Positions 51,254-61,542 of a DNA stretch of 64,000 nt are shown piece after piece (positions within the stretch are counted from its first letter, which is position 1; each line of letters starts with the position of its first letter). The DNA is from Clostridia bacterium. GTDB lineage: Bacteria; Bacillota; Clostridia; Caldicoprobacterales; Caldicoprobacteraceae. The stretch covers positions 279 to 64,278 of the forward strand of contig PKRC02000001.1 of assembly GCA_017577715.2 (NCBI GenBank). The letters are read 5' to 3'. The notes below the pieces were generated by a model. It was not told where the DNA came from and did no database searches. It was given only the letters and a program-made list of their open reading frames with translations. The position numbers were made by a program, and so were the translations under genes.

Positions 51254-52645
51254 GTGGCAACACAGGATAAGATGGACAAGATTGTGGCCCTATGCAAAAA
51301 TAGAGGCTTCATCTATCCCGGCTCGGAGATATACGGCGGGCTGGCCAACACATGGGATTACGGCCCTTTAGGAGTAGAGCTTAAAAACAACATAAAAAGA
51401 GCCTGGTGGAAGAAATTCATTCAGGAAAACCCTTACAACGTCGGCGTCGATACAGCCATCCTCATGAATCCCCGTACATGGCTGGCCTCTGGCCATCTGG
51501 AGAGGTTCAATGACCCCTTGATGGACTGCAAAGAATGCAAGGCCCGCTTCCGCGCTGACAAGCTGATTGAAGATTACATGGTAGCGCAGGGCGTATCCAA
51601 CCCTTCGGTGGCCGGATGGAGCGACCAGCAGATGGAAAATTACATAAGGGAGCATCAAATCCCCTGCCCCGAATGCGGCAAACACAACTTCACCTCGATA
51701 CGGTACTTTAACCTTATGTTCAAGACCTTTCAGGGCGTCACCGAAGATTCCAAATCGGAACTGTATCTAAGGCCCGAAACGGCACAGGGCATATTCGTAA
51801 ACTTCAAGAACGTGCTCAGGACATCAAGAAAGAAAATTCCCTTTGGGATTGGGCAAATAGGTAAAGCCTTCCGCAATGAGATCACCCCTGGCAACTTCAT
51901 CTTCCGGACCAGGGAATTTGAACAGATGGAGCTGGAATTCTTCTGCAAACCGGGAGAAGACATGGAGTGGTTCCAATACTGGAAGGACTTCTGCAGAAAA
52001 TGGCTCATCGACCTGGGTATGAAGGAAGAGGACATTCGCTTCAGAGATCACTCACCGGAGGAACTATCCCATTACAGCACAGCCACCACCGATATAGAAT
52101 ACCGTTTCCCCTTCGGCTGGGGGGAAGTCTGGGGCATAGCCAATAGAACCGATTTCGACCTGAAGCAACACGCCCTCTATTCAGGCGAAAACTTCAATTA
52201 CCTTGATCCAACCACCAACGAGCAATACATCCCCTATTGTATAGAACCTTCGGTAGGCGTTGACCGCATAATGCTGGCTTTCTTATGCAACGCCTATGAC
52301 GAGGAACAGCTGGAAGACGGAGAGGTAAGGACGGTGCTGAGGCTGCATCCCGCTTTGGCGCCATTCAAAGCGGCGGTGCTCCCACTTGTGAAAAAGCTGC
52401 GCGAACCAGCACAGCAGCTGTACCTTGACCTGCTCAAGAAGTTCATGGTGGACTACGACGAAACCGGTAGCATTGGCAGGCGGTACAGGCGCCAGGATGA
52501 AATCGGAACTCCGTTCTGCATCACCGTGGACTTCGATACCCTGGAGGATAACACAGTTACAATTAGAGACAGAGATACCATGGAGCAGATAAGGATCAAG
52601 ATAGATGAGATAGAAGATTATCTGGATGAGAAAATCCAGTTTTAA
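51254..52645 (+). CDS. glyQS: Glycine-tRNA ligase (homodimeric type)
   Basis: [58 protein letters not shown]. Confidence 0.97.
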   Translation: MATQDKMDKIVALCKNRGFIYPGSEIYGGLANTWDYGPLGVELKNNIKRAWWKKFIQENPYNVGVDTAILMNPRTWLASGHLERFNDPLMDCKECKARFRADKLIEDYMVAQGVSNPSVAGWSDQQMENYIREHQIPCPECGKHNFTSIRYFNLMFKTFQGVTEDSKSELYLRPETAQGIFVNFKNVLRTSRKKIPFGIGQIGKAFRNEITPGNFIFRTREFEQMELEFFCKPGEDMEWFQYWKDFCRKWLIDLGMKEEDIRFRDHSPEELSHYSTATTDIEYRFPFGWGEVWGIANRTDFDLKQHALYSGENFNYLDPTTNEQYIPYCIEPSVGVDRIMLAFLCNAYDEEQLEDGEVRTVLRLHPALAPFKAAVLPLVKKLREPAQQLYLDLLKKFMVDYDETGSIGRRYRRQDEIGTPFCITVDFDTLEDNTVTIRDRDTMEQIRIKIDEIEDYLDEKIQF

Positions 52646-52646
52646 G

Positions 52647-52680
52647 AAATCAGCCGGGCTTCACGCCCGGCTGATTTTTA
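52647..52680 (+). terminator. Terminator after glyQS
   Basis: aaatcagccgggc-ttcac-gcccggctgattt then TT. Confidence 0.88.
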
Positions 52681-52720
52681 TTTTAGACATTTAGACAGCA
52701 GAAAGCCTTTTGGTACCGAC

Positions 52721-53417
52721 CTACTCTACTACAGATAGGACGCTATAAAAGGCGGGCTTGGGCTGCAGCTTGCCATCAAACAGACGCGAATAGTTCTTGT
52801 CGTTTTTGTAAAAGAGGTATTCGTCCATCAAGCCAAACACGGTTACGCTGGTAATGTTTGCATTTCCACCGCTGGCAGTATCCATCTCCTTTAATACGGT
52901 AAACACTTCCCTGTAGCGCTCGGCCTGCTTTTTCATGGATTGCTCGCTCTTATCGTTGCTGCTTATAGTGAGCTCGGTAATATGTATCTCCAACCCCAGC
53001 TTGGCAAACTCAGAGAGGGCTGTCTTGAAGCAATCCGGACCTCTCGTTATGCCAGGATATGTCAGGTTCATGTAGCCCTGCATGCCAATCCCGTCAATCA
53101 GTCCCTTTTCCTTGAGATACGATACCAGCTTGATGATGCATTCTGTCTTCTTAGGTTGAAACGTATTGTAATCGTTGTAGAAAAGCTTCACATCGGGCGC
53201 TGCGTATTTCCTGGCATATTCAAATGCCTTTTCAACATACTCCACGCCTATCACTTTATACCACAGGTTATCCTTGTTTCCATCATATCCCTCTTGCATC
53301 CGAAACGCCATTTTCCTTTATATCCCCCGGTTGAGCTACATTTCCTCTTTGAGCACACGATAAAAGAAAGGCCGTTATCATGAGCGCCATCAAAAGCAAT
53401 GGCCATCTCTTATTCAT
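52721..53417 (-). pseudogene. Internally deleted GH10 endo-xylanase lipoprotein
   Basis: Signal/lipobox ORF 53417-53283 (MNKRWPLLLMALMITAFLLS-C) stops; a GH10 C-terminal half (LFYNDYN, IDGIGMQ, IHITEL) follows in another frame; WDVVNE and the N-terminal barrel half are missing. Confidence 0.82.
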
Positions 53418-53559
53418 GATCTTTAATACCCTCATACACCACAAATTTGGGTAAGCCTAGAAACGACCAGCTAAATAAGGGTATATAACGCTTTTTATGG
53501 AATGGTTTGTTTGCCAAAGAAACTATTGTTCAAAAAATAAGAATGATGCCCCTAAATTG

Positions 53560-53597
53560 GTTGCATTTTTATTCATATTATTGTATAATTATAAATA
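53560..53597 (+). promoter_or_regulatory. Tandem ARG boxes overlapping the argD sigma-A promoter
   Basis: TGCAT-TTTT-ATTCA and TGTAT-AATT-ATAAA boxes 2 bp apart; TTGCAT-N17-TATAAT at 53561-53589. Confidence 0.85.
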
Positions 53598-53621
53598 CAA
53601 TTTATTTAGGGAGGGTAAAAG

Positions 53622-54878
53622 GTGAATACGCAGGAAATAATAGCCCTTGACAAGAAGTACTACATGAATGTTTTCGGGGAACGGCTGCCAGTAATATTCG
53701 AATATGGCAGGCAATCCACCCTATACGATAAAGAGGGAAAGGCATACACCGATTTTGTGGCCGGAATAGCAGTCAACGTGCTGGGATATGGCCATCCTGC
53801 CCTGGTGGAAGCCATCACCTCCCAGGCCCAAAAACTGCTCCATTGCTCGAACCTGTTTTATATAGAAGCTCAGGCCCAAGCGGCAAAACTTCTGGTGGAA
53901 AACAGCTGCGGCGATAGAGTATTCTTTGCAAACAGCGGAGCCGAAGCCAACGAAGGGGCTATCAAGCTGGCCCGAAAATATTTTTATGATAAGGGCATGA
54001 ATAAATATGAGATAATAACCGCTACCAATTCATTCCATGGCCGAACCCTGGCTACCCTTGCAGCCACAGGCCAAAAGAAATACCAGAAACCCTTCATCCC
54101 CATGCCTAAGGGTTTTAAAAGCGTACCCTATAACGATCTGGAAGCTTTAAAAAAGGCCATTACCCCCAAAACATGTGCTATCATGCTGGAGCTAATACAG
54201 GGCGAAAGCGGAGTTATCGAAGCTACTTATGAATATGTAAAGGGCGTGAAACAGCTGTGCAACGAAATGGGTATCTTGCTCATACTGGACGAGGTTCAAA
54301 CCGGCATGGGAAGGACCGGTAAGCTGTTTGCATATCAACACTTTGGCATACAACCCGACATCATCACCCTTGCAAAGGGATTAGGCGGAGGCGTGCCTAT
54401 AGGAGCCATAATAGCTAAGGAAAGCGTGGCATCAGCCTTTGACCCCGGCAGCCACGGGTCCACCTTTGGAGGAAATCCCTTGGCCTGTGCGGCAGCCATA
54501 GCCGTGATCACCACCCTTCTAAATGAAGGGTTGATCGATAGGTGTGCCCAGCTGGGAGAGCATTTCAAGCAAAGGCTTATGTACCTAAAGGATAAATACC
54601 CCTTCATAAAGGATGTGAGGGGAAAGGGCCTCATGCTGGGCATGGAGCTTGAATCCTCCGTCCCGGGTAAAGAAATAGTAAATGCAGCTCTTAAGCAAGG
54701 GTACATCATAAATTGCGCCGGGCACAATACTTTGAGGTTCCTACCCCCGCTGGTGATTACTAAAGCGGAAATTGACGGCCTGATAGACGCTTTGGATGGG
54801 ATATTCCAACAGGTATTGGAAAGCCAGGGATTCAGCCTAACCGTGAAAAATGGCGCGCAATGCCGCACTACTGCTTAA
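53622..54878 (+). CDS. argD: Acetylornithine aminotransferase
   Basis: DFVAGIAVN.LG, NSGAEANE, SFHGRT, IQGESG, DEVQTG, AKGLGGG, GSTFGGNP. Confidence 0.95.
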   Translation: MNTQEIIALDKKYYMNVFGERLPVIFEYGRQSTLYDKEGKAYTDFVAGIAVNVLGYGHPALVEAITSQAQKLLHCSNLFYIEAQAQAAKLLVENSCGDRVFFANSGAEANEGAIKLARKYFYDKGMNKYEIITATNSFHGRTLATLAATGQKKYQKPFIPMPKGFKSVPYNDLEALKKAITPKTCAIMLELIQGESGVIEATYEYVKGVKQLCNEMGILLILDEVQTGMGRTGKLFAYQHFGIQPDIITLAKGLGGGVPIGAIIAKESVASAFDPGSHGSTFGGNPLACAAAIAVITTLLNEGLIDRCAQLGEHFKQRLMYLKDKYPFIKDVRGKGLMLGMELESSVPGKEIVNAALKQGYIINCAGHNTLRFLPPLVITKAEIDGLIDALDGIFQQVLESQGFSLTVKNGAQCRTTA

Positions 54879-54905
54879 GAATACTATAAAAGGGGTGAAT
54901 TGTAG

Positions 54906-55874
54906 GTGGACCTTTACAATTACAAGCCCCAAAAGCCTTTCTCACAAAAACACCTTATAACCCTACAAGATTACAGCCAGGATGAAATATATCAGGTGTT
55001 GAGCACCGCCTTTGATCTTAAAAAAAAGCTCAAAGCCAACATCCCCCATCCCTATCTTAAGGGCAAAACCCTGGGCATGATATTCACCAAGTCCTCCACT
55101 CGAACCAGGGTTTCCTTTGAGGTGGGCATATATCAGCTGGGAGGATATGGCCTTTTCCTAAACGCCAACGACATCCAGCTAGGCCGCGGAGAGGCTATAA
55201 GCGATACCGCCAGGGTATTGTCTCGATATCTAGATGGGATAATGATAAGGACCTTCAAGCAGGAAGACGTAGAACAATTGGCCAAATACAGCTCCGTCCC
55301 CATCATAAATGGGCTTACCGACCTTTTGCATCCATGCCAGATACTGGCCGACCTCATGACCATATACGAGAAGAAAGGTACTTTAAGCGGCCTTAAACTG
55401 GCCTTCATAGGAGATGGGAATAACGTGGCCCACTCCTTGCTTATAGGATGCACCAAAGTAGGCATGCATATATCCATAGCCTCTCCCAAGGGCTATGAGC
55501 CGAAAGAAGAGATAGTCAAAATGGCAAAGGAAAACGGAATAGCTACTGGGAGCAATGTATTGATATCCAATGACCCCATAGAAGCCATACGCGATGCAGA
55601 CGTGGTATATACCGACGTATGGGCCAGCATGGGGCAGGAGCACGAGTCAGAAAGCCGTGCAAAGGTTTTTGCCCCATACCAGGTCAACAAGGAGCTGTTT
55701 TGGCATGCCAAAGGCGATGCTATCTTCTTGCATTGCCTTCCGGCCCATCGCGGCCAGGAAGTGACTAATGACATTATAGACAGCCCGCAATCGGCAGTCT
55801 TTGACGAGGCTGAAAATCGGCTGCACGTGCATAAAGCCATCATGGTGCTATTGATGGGAAATAAAGCAAATTAA
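54906..55874 (+). CDS. argF: Ornithine carbamoyltransferase
   Basis: STRTR, HPCQ, GDGNNV, WASMG, HCLP, AENRLH. Confidence 0.97.
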   Translation: MDLYNYKPQKPFSQKHLITLQDYSQDEIYQVLSTAFDLKKKLKANIPHPYLKGKTLGMIFTKSSTRTRVSFEVGIYQLGGYGLFLNANDIQLGRGEAISDTARVLSRYLDGIMIRTFKQEDVEQLAKYSSVPIINGLTDLLHPCQILADLMTIYEKKGTLSGLKLAFIGDGNNVAHSLLIGCTKVGMHISIASPKGYEPKEEIVKMAKENGIATGSNVLISNDPIEAIRDADVVYTDVWASMGQEHESESRAKVFAPYQVNKELFWHAKGDAIFLHCLPAHRGQEVTNDIIDSPQSAVFDEAENRLHVHKAIMVLLMGNKAN

Positions 55875-55946
55875 TCTTGTTATCTATCGAACATCAAAGA
55901 TTTTGGCTTTTCATTTTAATTGTCTCGTAAAAGGAGAGGGATAAAG

Positions 55947-56459
55947 ATGGATTTGGTGATAAAAAAGGCTTCCGAGCAAGATGTCTTTGCCATACACGAC
56001 ATCGTTCAACAAGCTTTCCAAGCATATGCCAGGGAACTTGGATTTCCGAACAAGATATCAGCACTTAAAGAAACGCCCCAAACCATCCTAGAAGAGCTGC
56101 GAAAAAAGACCATATTCATAGCCTTTCTCAATGGCCAGCCAGCGGGCACCATCCGCCTGGAGGTTTTGCCACCCGGAAAAGTGGGCTATATAAGCCGTTT
56201 TGGCGTGCGCCCTGACGTACAAAACTGCGGCGTGGGGAAAGCCCTCATCAGAGCAGTGGAACAAGAAGCCAGGGAATTGGGGCTGTCAGCCCTTGCGCTG
56301 CATACCGCTTCAAAAATGACATCCCTGGTACGCTTTTATTATGGAATGGGTTTTTACATCCATTCCACATCCACCGACCGCGGCTACATTCGCGCCCTCA
56401 TGTGCAAAGAGCTGGAGCAATGCCATGCCCTTGACTTGGATTGCGTAAGCATCAAATAA
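55947..56459 (+). CDS. GNAT-family N-acetyltransferase
   Basis: FGVRPDVQNCGVGKALI motif A, FYYGMGF; AGGAGAGGG RBS. Confidence 0.88.
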   Translation: MDLVIKKASEQDVFAIHDIVQQAFQAYARELGFPNKISALKETPQTILEELRKKTIFIAFLNGQPAGTIRLEVLPPGKVGYISRFGVRPDVQNCGVGKALIRAVEQEARELGLSALALHTASKMTSLVRFYYGMGFYIHSTSTDRGYIRALMCKELEQCHALDLDCVSIK

Positions 56460-56474
56460 ACCCATTCATATCCT

Positions 56475-57449
56475 CTACCAGTGTATCACCGAACCCCAAC
56501 TCAACTTGCGCGCTTCTTTAAATTTCTCCTTATCCCTTCGGGTTACTACAATCTCTTCAATGCCCTCACGAGTACAAACTCTCAGATATATATGGCCCTT
56601 CCTAATTTGCGGATGCCGTATCACCACTCCTTTTACGCTCGCTCCGGGAGTGCGGGACAGACACACAAAAGAAAACTTTTCATCTTCATATGACAGGGTG
56701 CCCCCTTTTATCTGCCTATGCAACCGGCTACGGTTCAACCTTTGAGAAAAGTGGCACCAGTCGTCTTGGACAATGGGGCAGGAACCATTGTGGGGACAGG
56801 GAGCTACAACGTTAGCGCCTTGAGACAACAACCGCTCCCGCACACGTCTTATCAATGAAAACCCAGATGGCGTACCAGGCTCAATAAGGATTAATAACTT
56901 CTCCGTGCTCTCCCACAGCTTTAGGGTAAACGGCTCTATACTCCGTTCCGGCAACTCATTGAGCGCATAGGACGCTATTACAACATCATGAGGTGCAATA
57001 TCCCATTTCTCCATCACATTAGCTTTTATCCATTCCGCCTGCCTTATAGAAGGCAAGACGGAATGTTTTGCCAGCTTTTTGCCCATATCTATCATGGGCT
57101 GTTCTCGCTCAACTAAAGTTATGTGCTCCAGTTGAGGCCATACCATAGTAGCTGCCCACATGGCGGTGCCCGGCCCGGCACCTACATCCAAAAACGTCTT
57201 AGGCTTTAAATCCGTCAACCTTTCCTTAACCTGAACCATGGCAAAATATGCCGCAGCAAATGTGGCAGGCAGCCTGAAAGCCACATAAGCCAATGCATCT
57301 TCATAAGTACTGACATAGGATTTCCTCACCAAAGGCTTGCCGCTACGGTAATCTTCAGACAGCCTAGCTGCCAGCCCTGAAAGTTTTTTGGCTGGCATAA
57401 GTGCCAGCTGCTCCTCTATCGCACCTCTCAACTCATATGGCAGTTCCAT
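56475..57449 (-). CDS. Rsm22/METTL17-family small-subunit rRNA methyltransferase-like protein
   Basis: AYVAFRLPATFAA, DVGAGPGTA, IEPGTPSGF..I, APCPH...CP.....WCHF, EDEKFSF. Confidence 0.85.
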   Translation of the reverse strand: MELPYELRGAIEEQLALMPAKKLSGLAARLSEDYRSGKPLVRKSYVSTYEDALAYVAFRLPATFAAAYFAMVQVKERLTDLKPKTFLDVGAGPGTAMWAATMVWPQLEHITLVEREQPMIDMGKKLAKHSVLPSIRQAEWIKANVMEKWDIAPHDVVIASYALNELPERSIEPFTLKLWESTEKLLILIEPGTPSGFSLIRRVRERLLSQGANVVAPCPHNGSCPIVQDDWCHFSQRLNRSRLHRQIKGGTLSYEDEKFSFVCLSRTPGASVKGVVIRHPQIRKGHIYLRVCTREGIEEIVVTRRDKEKFKEARKLSWGSVIHW

Positions 57450-57466
57450 ACACCAATCCCCTTATA

Positions 57467-58951
57467 CTATACTTTTATGGTTTTCCATTTACCCGAATTA
57501 AATCTCAACAGCACCAATAATGAGCGCAGCAGTTGATCGGCCACTAAAGCTATCCACGCGCCCACAAGCCCCCACTCTAGTACATGGACAGCAAACATAG
57601 CCAGCCCGGGACGTACCAGCAAAACGGTTACTAGCATAATCATTGCGATGGCCCTTGTATCGCCCGCACCCCTTAATGCACCGGACAAAATAAGCTGGGA
57701 AGATTGGAACGGTTGAATCGCGGCCACCAGCATGAGTATGCGGGCACCCTGCTCTACAACCTCCCTGTCATCGGTATACAGCGCCACTATTTCCTTACCA
57801 AACAGGATGAACACCAGAGCCAGTACCAGGGAAACTATCATCCCCAAACGCCTCGTATACCGGCTGTAGGCCTGTGCCATGTCCGGGCGCCTTTTCCCCA
57901 GGCTTTGCCCCATAAGCGAAGTGGCGGATACCCCGAAGGCTTGGCCGTTCATAAATGACAAGGCTTGAATGTTCATACACACATTGTGGGTTGCGAAAGC
58001 CACCGTCCCCAGGGAGGCAACGGTTTTTGAATAAGCTATTATCCCCGCTCTCATGACCAGCTGTTCAAACATCGCGGGCATACCTATATTGAATATGCTC
58101 CTCATTATGTCCCATTTGGGCCTAAAATCGTCCCTGAAGCTGAGCTTAAGATACCGATTTCCCCTCACTACAGCAAACATGGCCAATATAAAGGCCACGC
58201 ACTGCCCTATGACGGTCGCTATGGACGCACCGACCACTTCCATCCTGGGGAAGCCAAAATGCCCGTATATCAGCATATAATTGAATATCACGTTGACCAC
58301 GTTGGCAATCAGGTTATACGCCATGGCCGTCTTGGAATCGCCTACGCCCCGCAGCGCCGCCGTAATGGTGCTGGTCATGGCTAATACCACGAAACCAACC
58401 ATTTGAATTTTCAGGTAAACGGTACCGCCGGCCAACGTCTGCTCATCAGCCGCCCCCATAAAGCGCACCATATGCTCCGAATATACAAAGCCTACAACCG
58501 AAGAGATGGCCGATAGTATAATGGTTAGCACCAACGCCTGGCGCAAAACCTCATTTGCCCTTTGTTGATTGTCCTCACCCTTATACCGCGCGATCAAGGC
58601 AGTGGCCCCTACGTTCATGGCCATAAACATGGTCATCAGCAAAAACTTGGGCTGATTTGTCAAGCCGACCGCAGCAATAGCCCAAGGCCCCAGCTGTCCC
58701 ACCATCATCATGTCAACCATGGATGCCAGCTGTGTAAGGATGAATTCCATAAAAGCAGGCCATGCTATCCTAATGATATCCTGATACAACATCTTCGAAG
58801 TTATACCGGGTGGAAGCTGTTTTGTAACGCGTTCGGCTTGTTGACAGGTTTCTAGGTCTCCAGGCTCTACTAAATCGAGAGCCAAACGGACCGGATGTTC
58901 AGATTCTTGACCCCCAAGTTTAAGCTTCAAATTTTCTAGCCTGACATTCAT
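57467..58951 (-). CDS. MATE-family efflux transporter
   Basis: IAWPA, VDMMMVGQLG, LRGVGD, NVVNVIFNY, GASIAT, ALRGAGD; two-fold repeat of about 12 TM helices. Confidence 0.93.
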   Translation of the reverse strand: MNVRLENLKLKLGGQESEHPVRLALDLVEPGDLETCQQAERVTKQLPPGITSKMLYQDIIRIAWPAFMEFILTQLASMVDMMMVGQLGPWAIAAVGLTNQPKFLLMTMFMAMNVGATALIARYKGEDNQQRANEVLRQALVLTIILSAISSVVGFVYSEHMVRFMGAADEQTLAGGTVYLKIQMVGFVVLAMTSTITAALRGVGDSKTAMAYNLIANVVNVIFNYMLIYGHFGFPRMEVVGASIATVIGQCVAFILAMFAVVRGNRYLKLSFRDDFRPKWDIMRSIFNIGMPAMFEQLVMRAGIIAYSKTVASLGTVAFATHNVCMNIQALSFMNGQAFGVSATSLMGQSLGKRRPDMAQAYSRYTRRLGMIVSLVLALVFILFGKEIVALYTDDREVVEQGARILMLVAAIQPFQSSQLILSGALRGAGDTRAIAMIMLVTVLLVRPGLAMFAVHVLEWGLVGAWIALVADQLLRSLLVLLRFNSGKWKTIKV

Positions 58952-59251
58952 TTAACCCACACTTCCTTTAAAGCATAAAATTACATACATGAAATATTAT
59001 ACAATAAATAAAGCAGGATACAACCTGCTATATACACAAGAAAGGCTCCTTTTAACTTTTTCTCGCTTTATCTTTTAATAATACTCTCCCATTCTCCTTA
59101 TCCCATCAAGCCTTAAATTTCTGGCCTCATTCTTAATTATACATTTTTACCATTATCCATTCAACCGCCAAAAATGCCTCCCTGTATGTAGGCTAAACTT
59201 GTAAATACACATTTTTCCGGCTGTTGACTAAAAGTTAAAAATAATAGTAGT

Positions 59252-59515
59252 TTACTTTTTTTTGGCAATGAACAAACTTTTAAGTCCTTCCGCAGTGCTC
59301 TTAGTGCCGGAATACAAACCCGATGCTGCAAGGCCCAGAGCAAGCCCCACAAGTATTCCCTTTTTAATATCATCAGGCGACAAATAGACTATCCCTATGA
59401 CTATGCCTAAGATTACCGACACGAGAGCTGCAAATTTAGAAGGAAGCCCAACTTGCTTTAAAAGCTCCACTATGCCCACGATTAAAGGAATAATTGCGAC
59501 ATCATAAATGGTCAT
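59252..59515 (-). CDS. Small membrane protein, holin-like
   Basis: 87 aa, 3 hydrophobic helices, IIPLIVGIVELLK / GLAASGLYS pattern, basic C-terminus; GGGGGA RBS. Confidence 0.6.
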   Translation of the reverse strand: MTIYDVAIIPLIVGIVELLKQVGLPSKFAALVSVILGIVIGIVYLSPDDIKKGILVGLALGLAASGLYSGTKSTAEGLKSLFIAKKK

Positions 59516-59603
59516 CAAATTCCCCCCTTTAAGTTTGATTCGGCTGCCTCTCTCTGTTAAATATCCGATATCATAAATATGCACCAGAGATAAAAATAAT
59601 AAT

Positions 59604-59630
59604 AAAGGCCAGGTATATTGCCTGGCCTTT
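59604..59630 (-). terminator. Terminator after polX
   Basis: aaaggccagg/cctggccttt stem with an A-rich flank. Confidence 0.75.
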
Positions 59631-59636
59631 GCTTCT

Positions 59637-61349
59637 CTACATCCTTCGCAAAAAATGTAGTAGCTGCTGTATGTCGTATGTATTTATGATATCCTTGGCC
59701 TCCAGCCAACCCTTTCGGGCAATTCCCACTCCGTACTTCACATCTTCAAGCCCATCTGTGCTGTGGGCATCGGGGCATATGGCAAATTTCACGCCCCTAT
59801 CCCTTGCATACTTTATGTACCTCCAGTCAAGGTCCAGCCGATAAGGGCTGGAATTTATCTCAAGTACCTTGCCATATTCCCTGGCAGCCTCAATAACCTG
59901 GTAGATGTCTATATCATAGCCATCCCTTGAAAGCAGAAGCCTACCGGTCAAGTGCCCTATAATATGGGTATGTTTGTTCTCTATTGCCCTTATCAATCTT
60001 CTGGTCATCTCCTGCCTGCTCATCTTAAAATGGAAATGAATGGAGGCAATTACCAAATCGAACTTTCCTAAAACGTCATCGCTATAATCAAGGGAACCGT
60101 CGGGCAATATGTCTACCTCTATGCCTTTCAATATCGTAAAGTCGCTATACTTCCTGTTTAGATCCTCTATCTCTTCCCACTGCTCCAAAAGCCTTTCCTC
60201 ATCAAGGCCGTTAGCATAAGATGCCGACTTGCTGTGATCTGTGATGGCTATGTAACTGTACCCCAACTCTCTAGCCCTATCCACTATATTAGCCAGAGAA
60301 CTTCTCCCATCGCTATATGTGGTGTGTACATGAAATATGCCCTTTAAATCCTTCTCTTCCACTAGTACCGGAATCTCTCCTCTTTCAGCGGCTTCAATCT
60401 CTCCGGCATTTTCCCTGAGCTCCGGCGGTATGTATTGTAGGTTAAGCTTCTCGAAAATCTCCTCTTCCGAAGCACATTCAATTAAAACATCGTCCTTGAA
60501 AAGCCCGTATTCGTTCATCTTTATACCCATGGCCTTTGCCCTGTGTCGCATGGCAGTGTTGTGCTCTTTGCTACCGGTAAAGTGATGGAGCGCATAAGGA
60601 AACTCCTCATCCCTTACCACCCTTAGGTCAGCGTTTATGCCCGACTTCAAAATTACGCTAGTCTTGGTATCCCCTTTAGCCACCACATCTTTAATATCCT
60701 GAAAATTTACAAAGCTATCCATGAGTTCTCGCGGGGTATGAGAGGTGGCTATAATATCTATATCCTTCACTATCTCCTTCTTGCGCCTTAAACTTCCCGC
60801 AATTTCGCATCTTATAACCAACCCTGTACGCTCTAAATGCTCTTTAAGCTTTACCGCTTCCTGGCAAGCCTCAGAATAAAGATGGTATCCGCTGAACTGC
60901 TTTACAAACTGAATTCCCTCAAGAATCTTCTTTTGCGTCTTTTCTCCAAATCCCGGGAGGCTCAACAGCCTGTTTTCAATACACGCATACTCCAGCTCGC
61001 CTACTGTAGTAATGCCCAGCTTGTCATACAATACCTTTACCTTTTTAGGCCCCAGGCCTGGAATTTTGAGCATATCCATAAGGCCGGGAGGTATAGACTG
61101 CTTTAGCTCTTCGTAATATTGGAGCTTTCCCGTGGTCACCAGCTCGGTAAGCTTCTTACTCAGGGCATCCCCTATGCCCTTCACATCCTTAAGGCGCCCT
61201 TCTTTAACTAACGTCTCCAAATCCTCATCAAGCACCTCGATAATGCGCGCTGCATTGTAATAAGCCCTGGATTTGAAGGGATTTTCCCCTTTAAGTTCGA
61301 GCAAAAGCCCTATCTCATTTAAAATATCCACTACCGTCTTTTTGTCCAT
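59637..61349 (-). CDS. polX: DNA polymerase X / PHP 3'-5' exonuclease
   Basis: AGSLRR, KDIDI, FTGSKEHN; PHP motifs HVHTTYSDG, TDHS, EINS..RLDL, PDAH. Confidence 0.95.
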   Translation of the reverse strand: MDKKTVVDILNEIGLLLELKGENPFKSRAYYNAARIIEVLDEDLETLVKEGRLKDVKGIGDALSKKLTELVTTGKLQYYEELKQSIPPGLMDMLKIPGLGPKKVKVLYDKLGITTVGELEYACIENRLLSLPGFGEKTQKKILEGIQFVKQFSGYHLYSEACQEAVKLKEHLERTGLVIRCEIAGSLRRKKEIVKDIDIIATSHTPRELMDSFVNFQDIKDVVAKGDTKTSVILKSGINADLRVVRDEEFPYALHHFTGSKEHNTAMRHRAKAMGIKMNEYGLFKDDVLIECASEEEIFEKLNLQYIPPELRENAGEIEAAERGEIPVLVEEKDLKGIFHVHTTYSDGRSSLANIVDRARELGYSYIAITDHSKSASYANGLDEERLLEQWEEIEDLNRKYSDFTILKGIEVDILPDGSLDYSDDVLGKFDLVIASIHFHFKMSRQEMTRRLIRAIENKHTHIIGHLTGRLLLSRDGYDIDIYQVIEAAREYGKVLEINSSPYRLDLDWRYIKYARDRGVKFAICPDAHSTDGLEDVKYGVGIARKGWLEAKDIINTYDIQQLLHFLRRM

Positions 61350-61542
61350 AAGCTTTTCCCCTTTGCCACATTTTATAAGCGACAGCTGGTAACGCCTTAT
61401 TCACCTGTATTTCCCTATCTTAAGTAAGTTATGTTCTTATGTAATTATATACAATCTGGTATGGTCTTATAGGTTATTTGCATGGACAATCGGGCTTATA
61501 ACCCCTTAAGGTCAAAAAAACATCGAACGAAACGCCGGCTTG

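Noticed and set aside
53283-53285. Selenocysteine or readthrough TGA joining the lipoprotein leader to GH10
   Set aside because: A TAA follows five codons later, the GH10 part is in another frame, and half the barrel is missing regardless.
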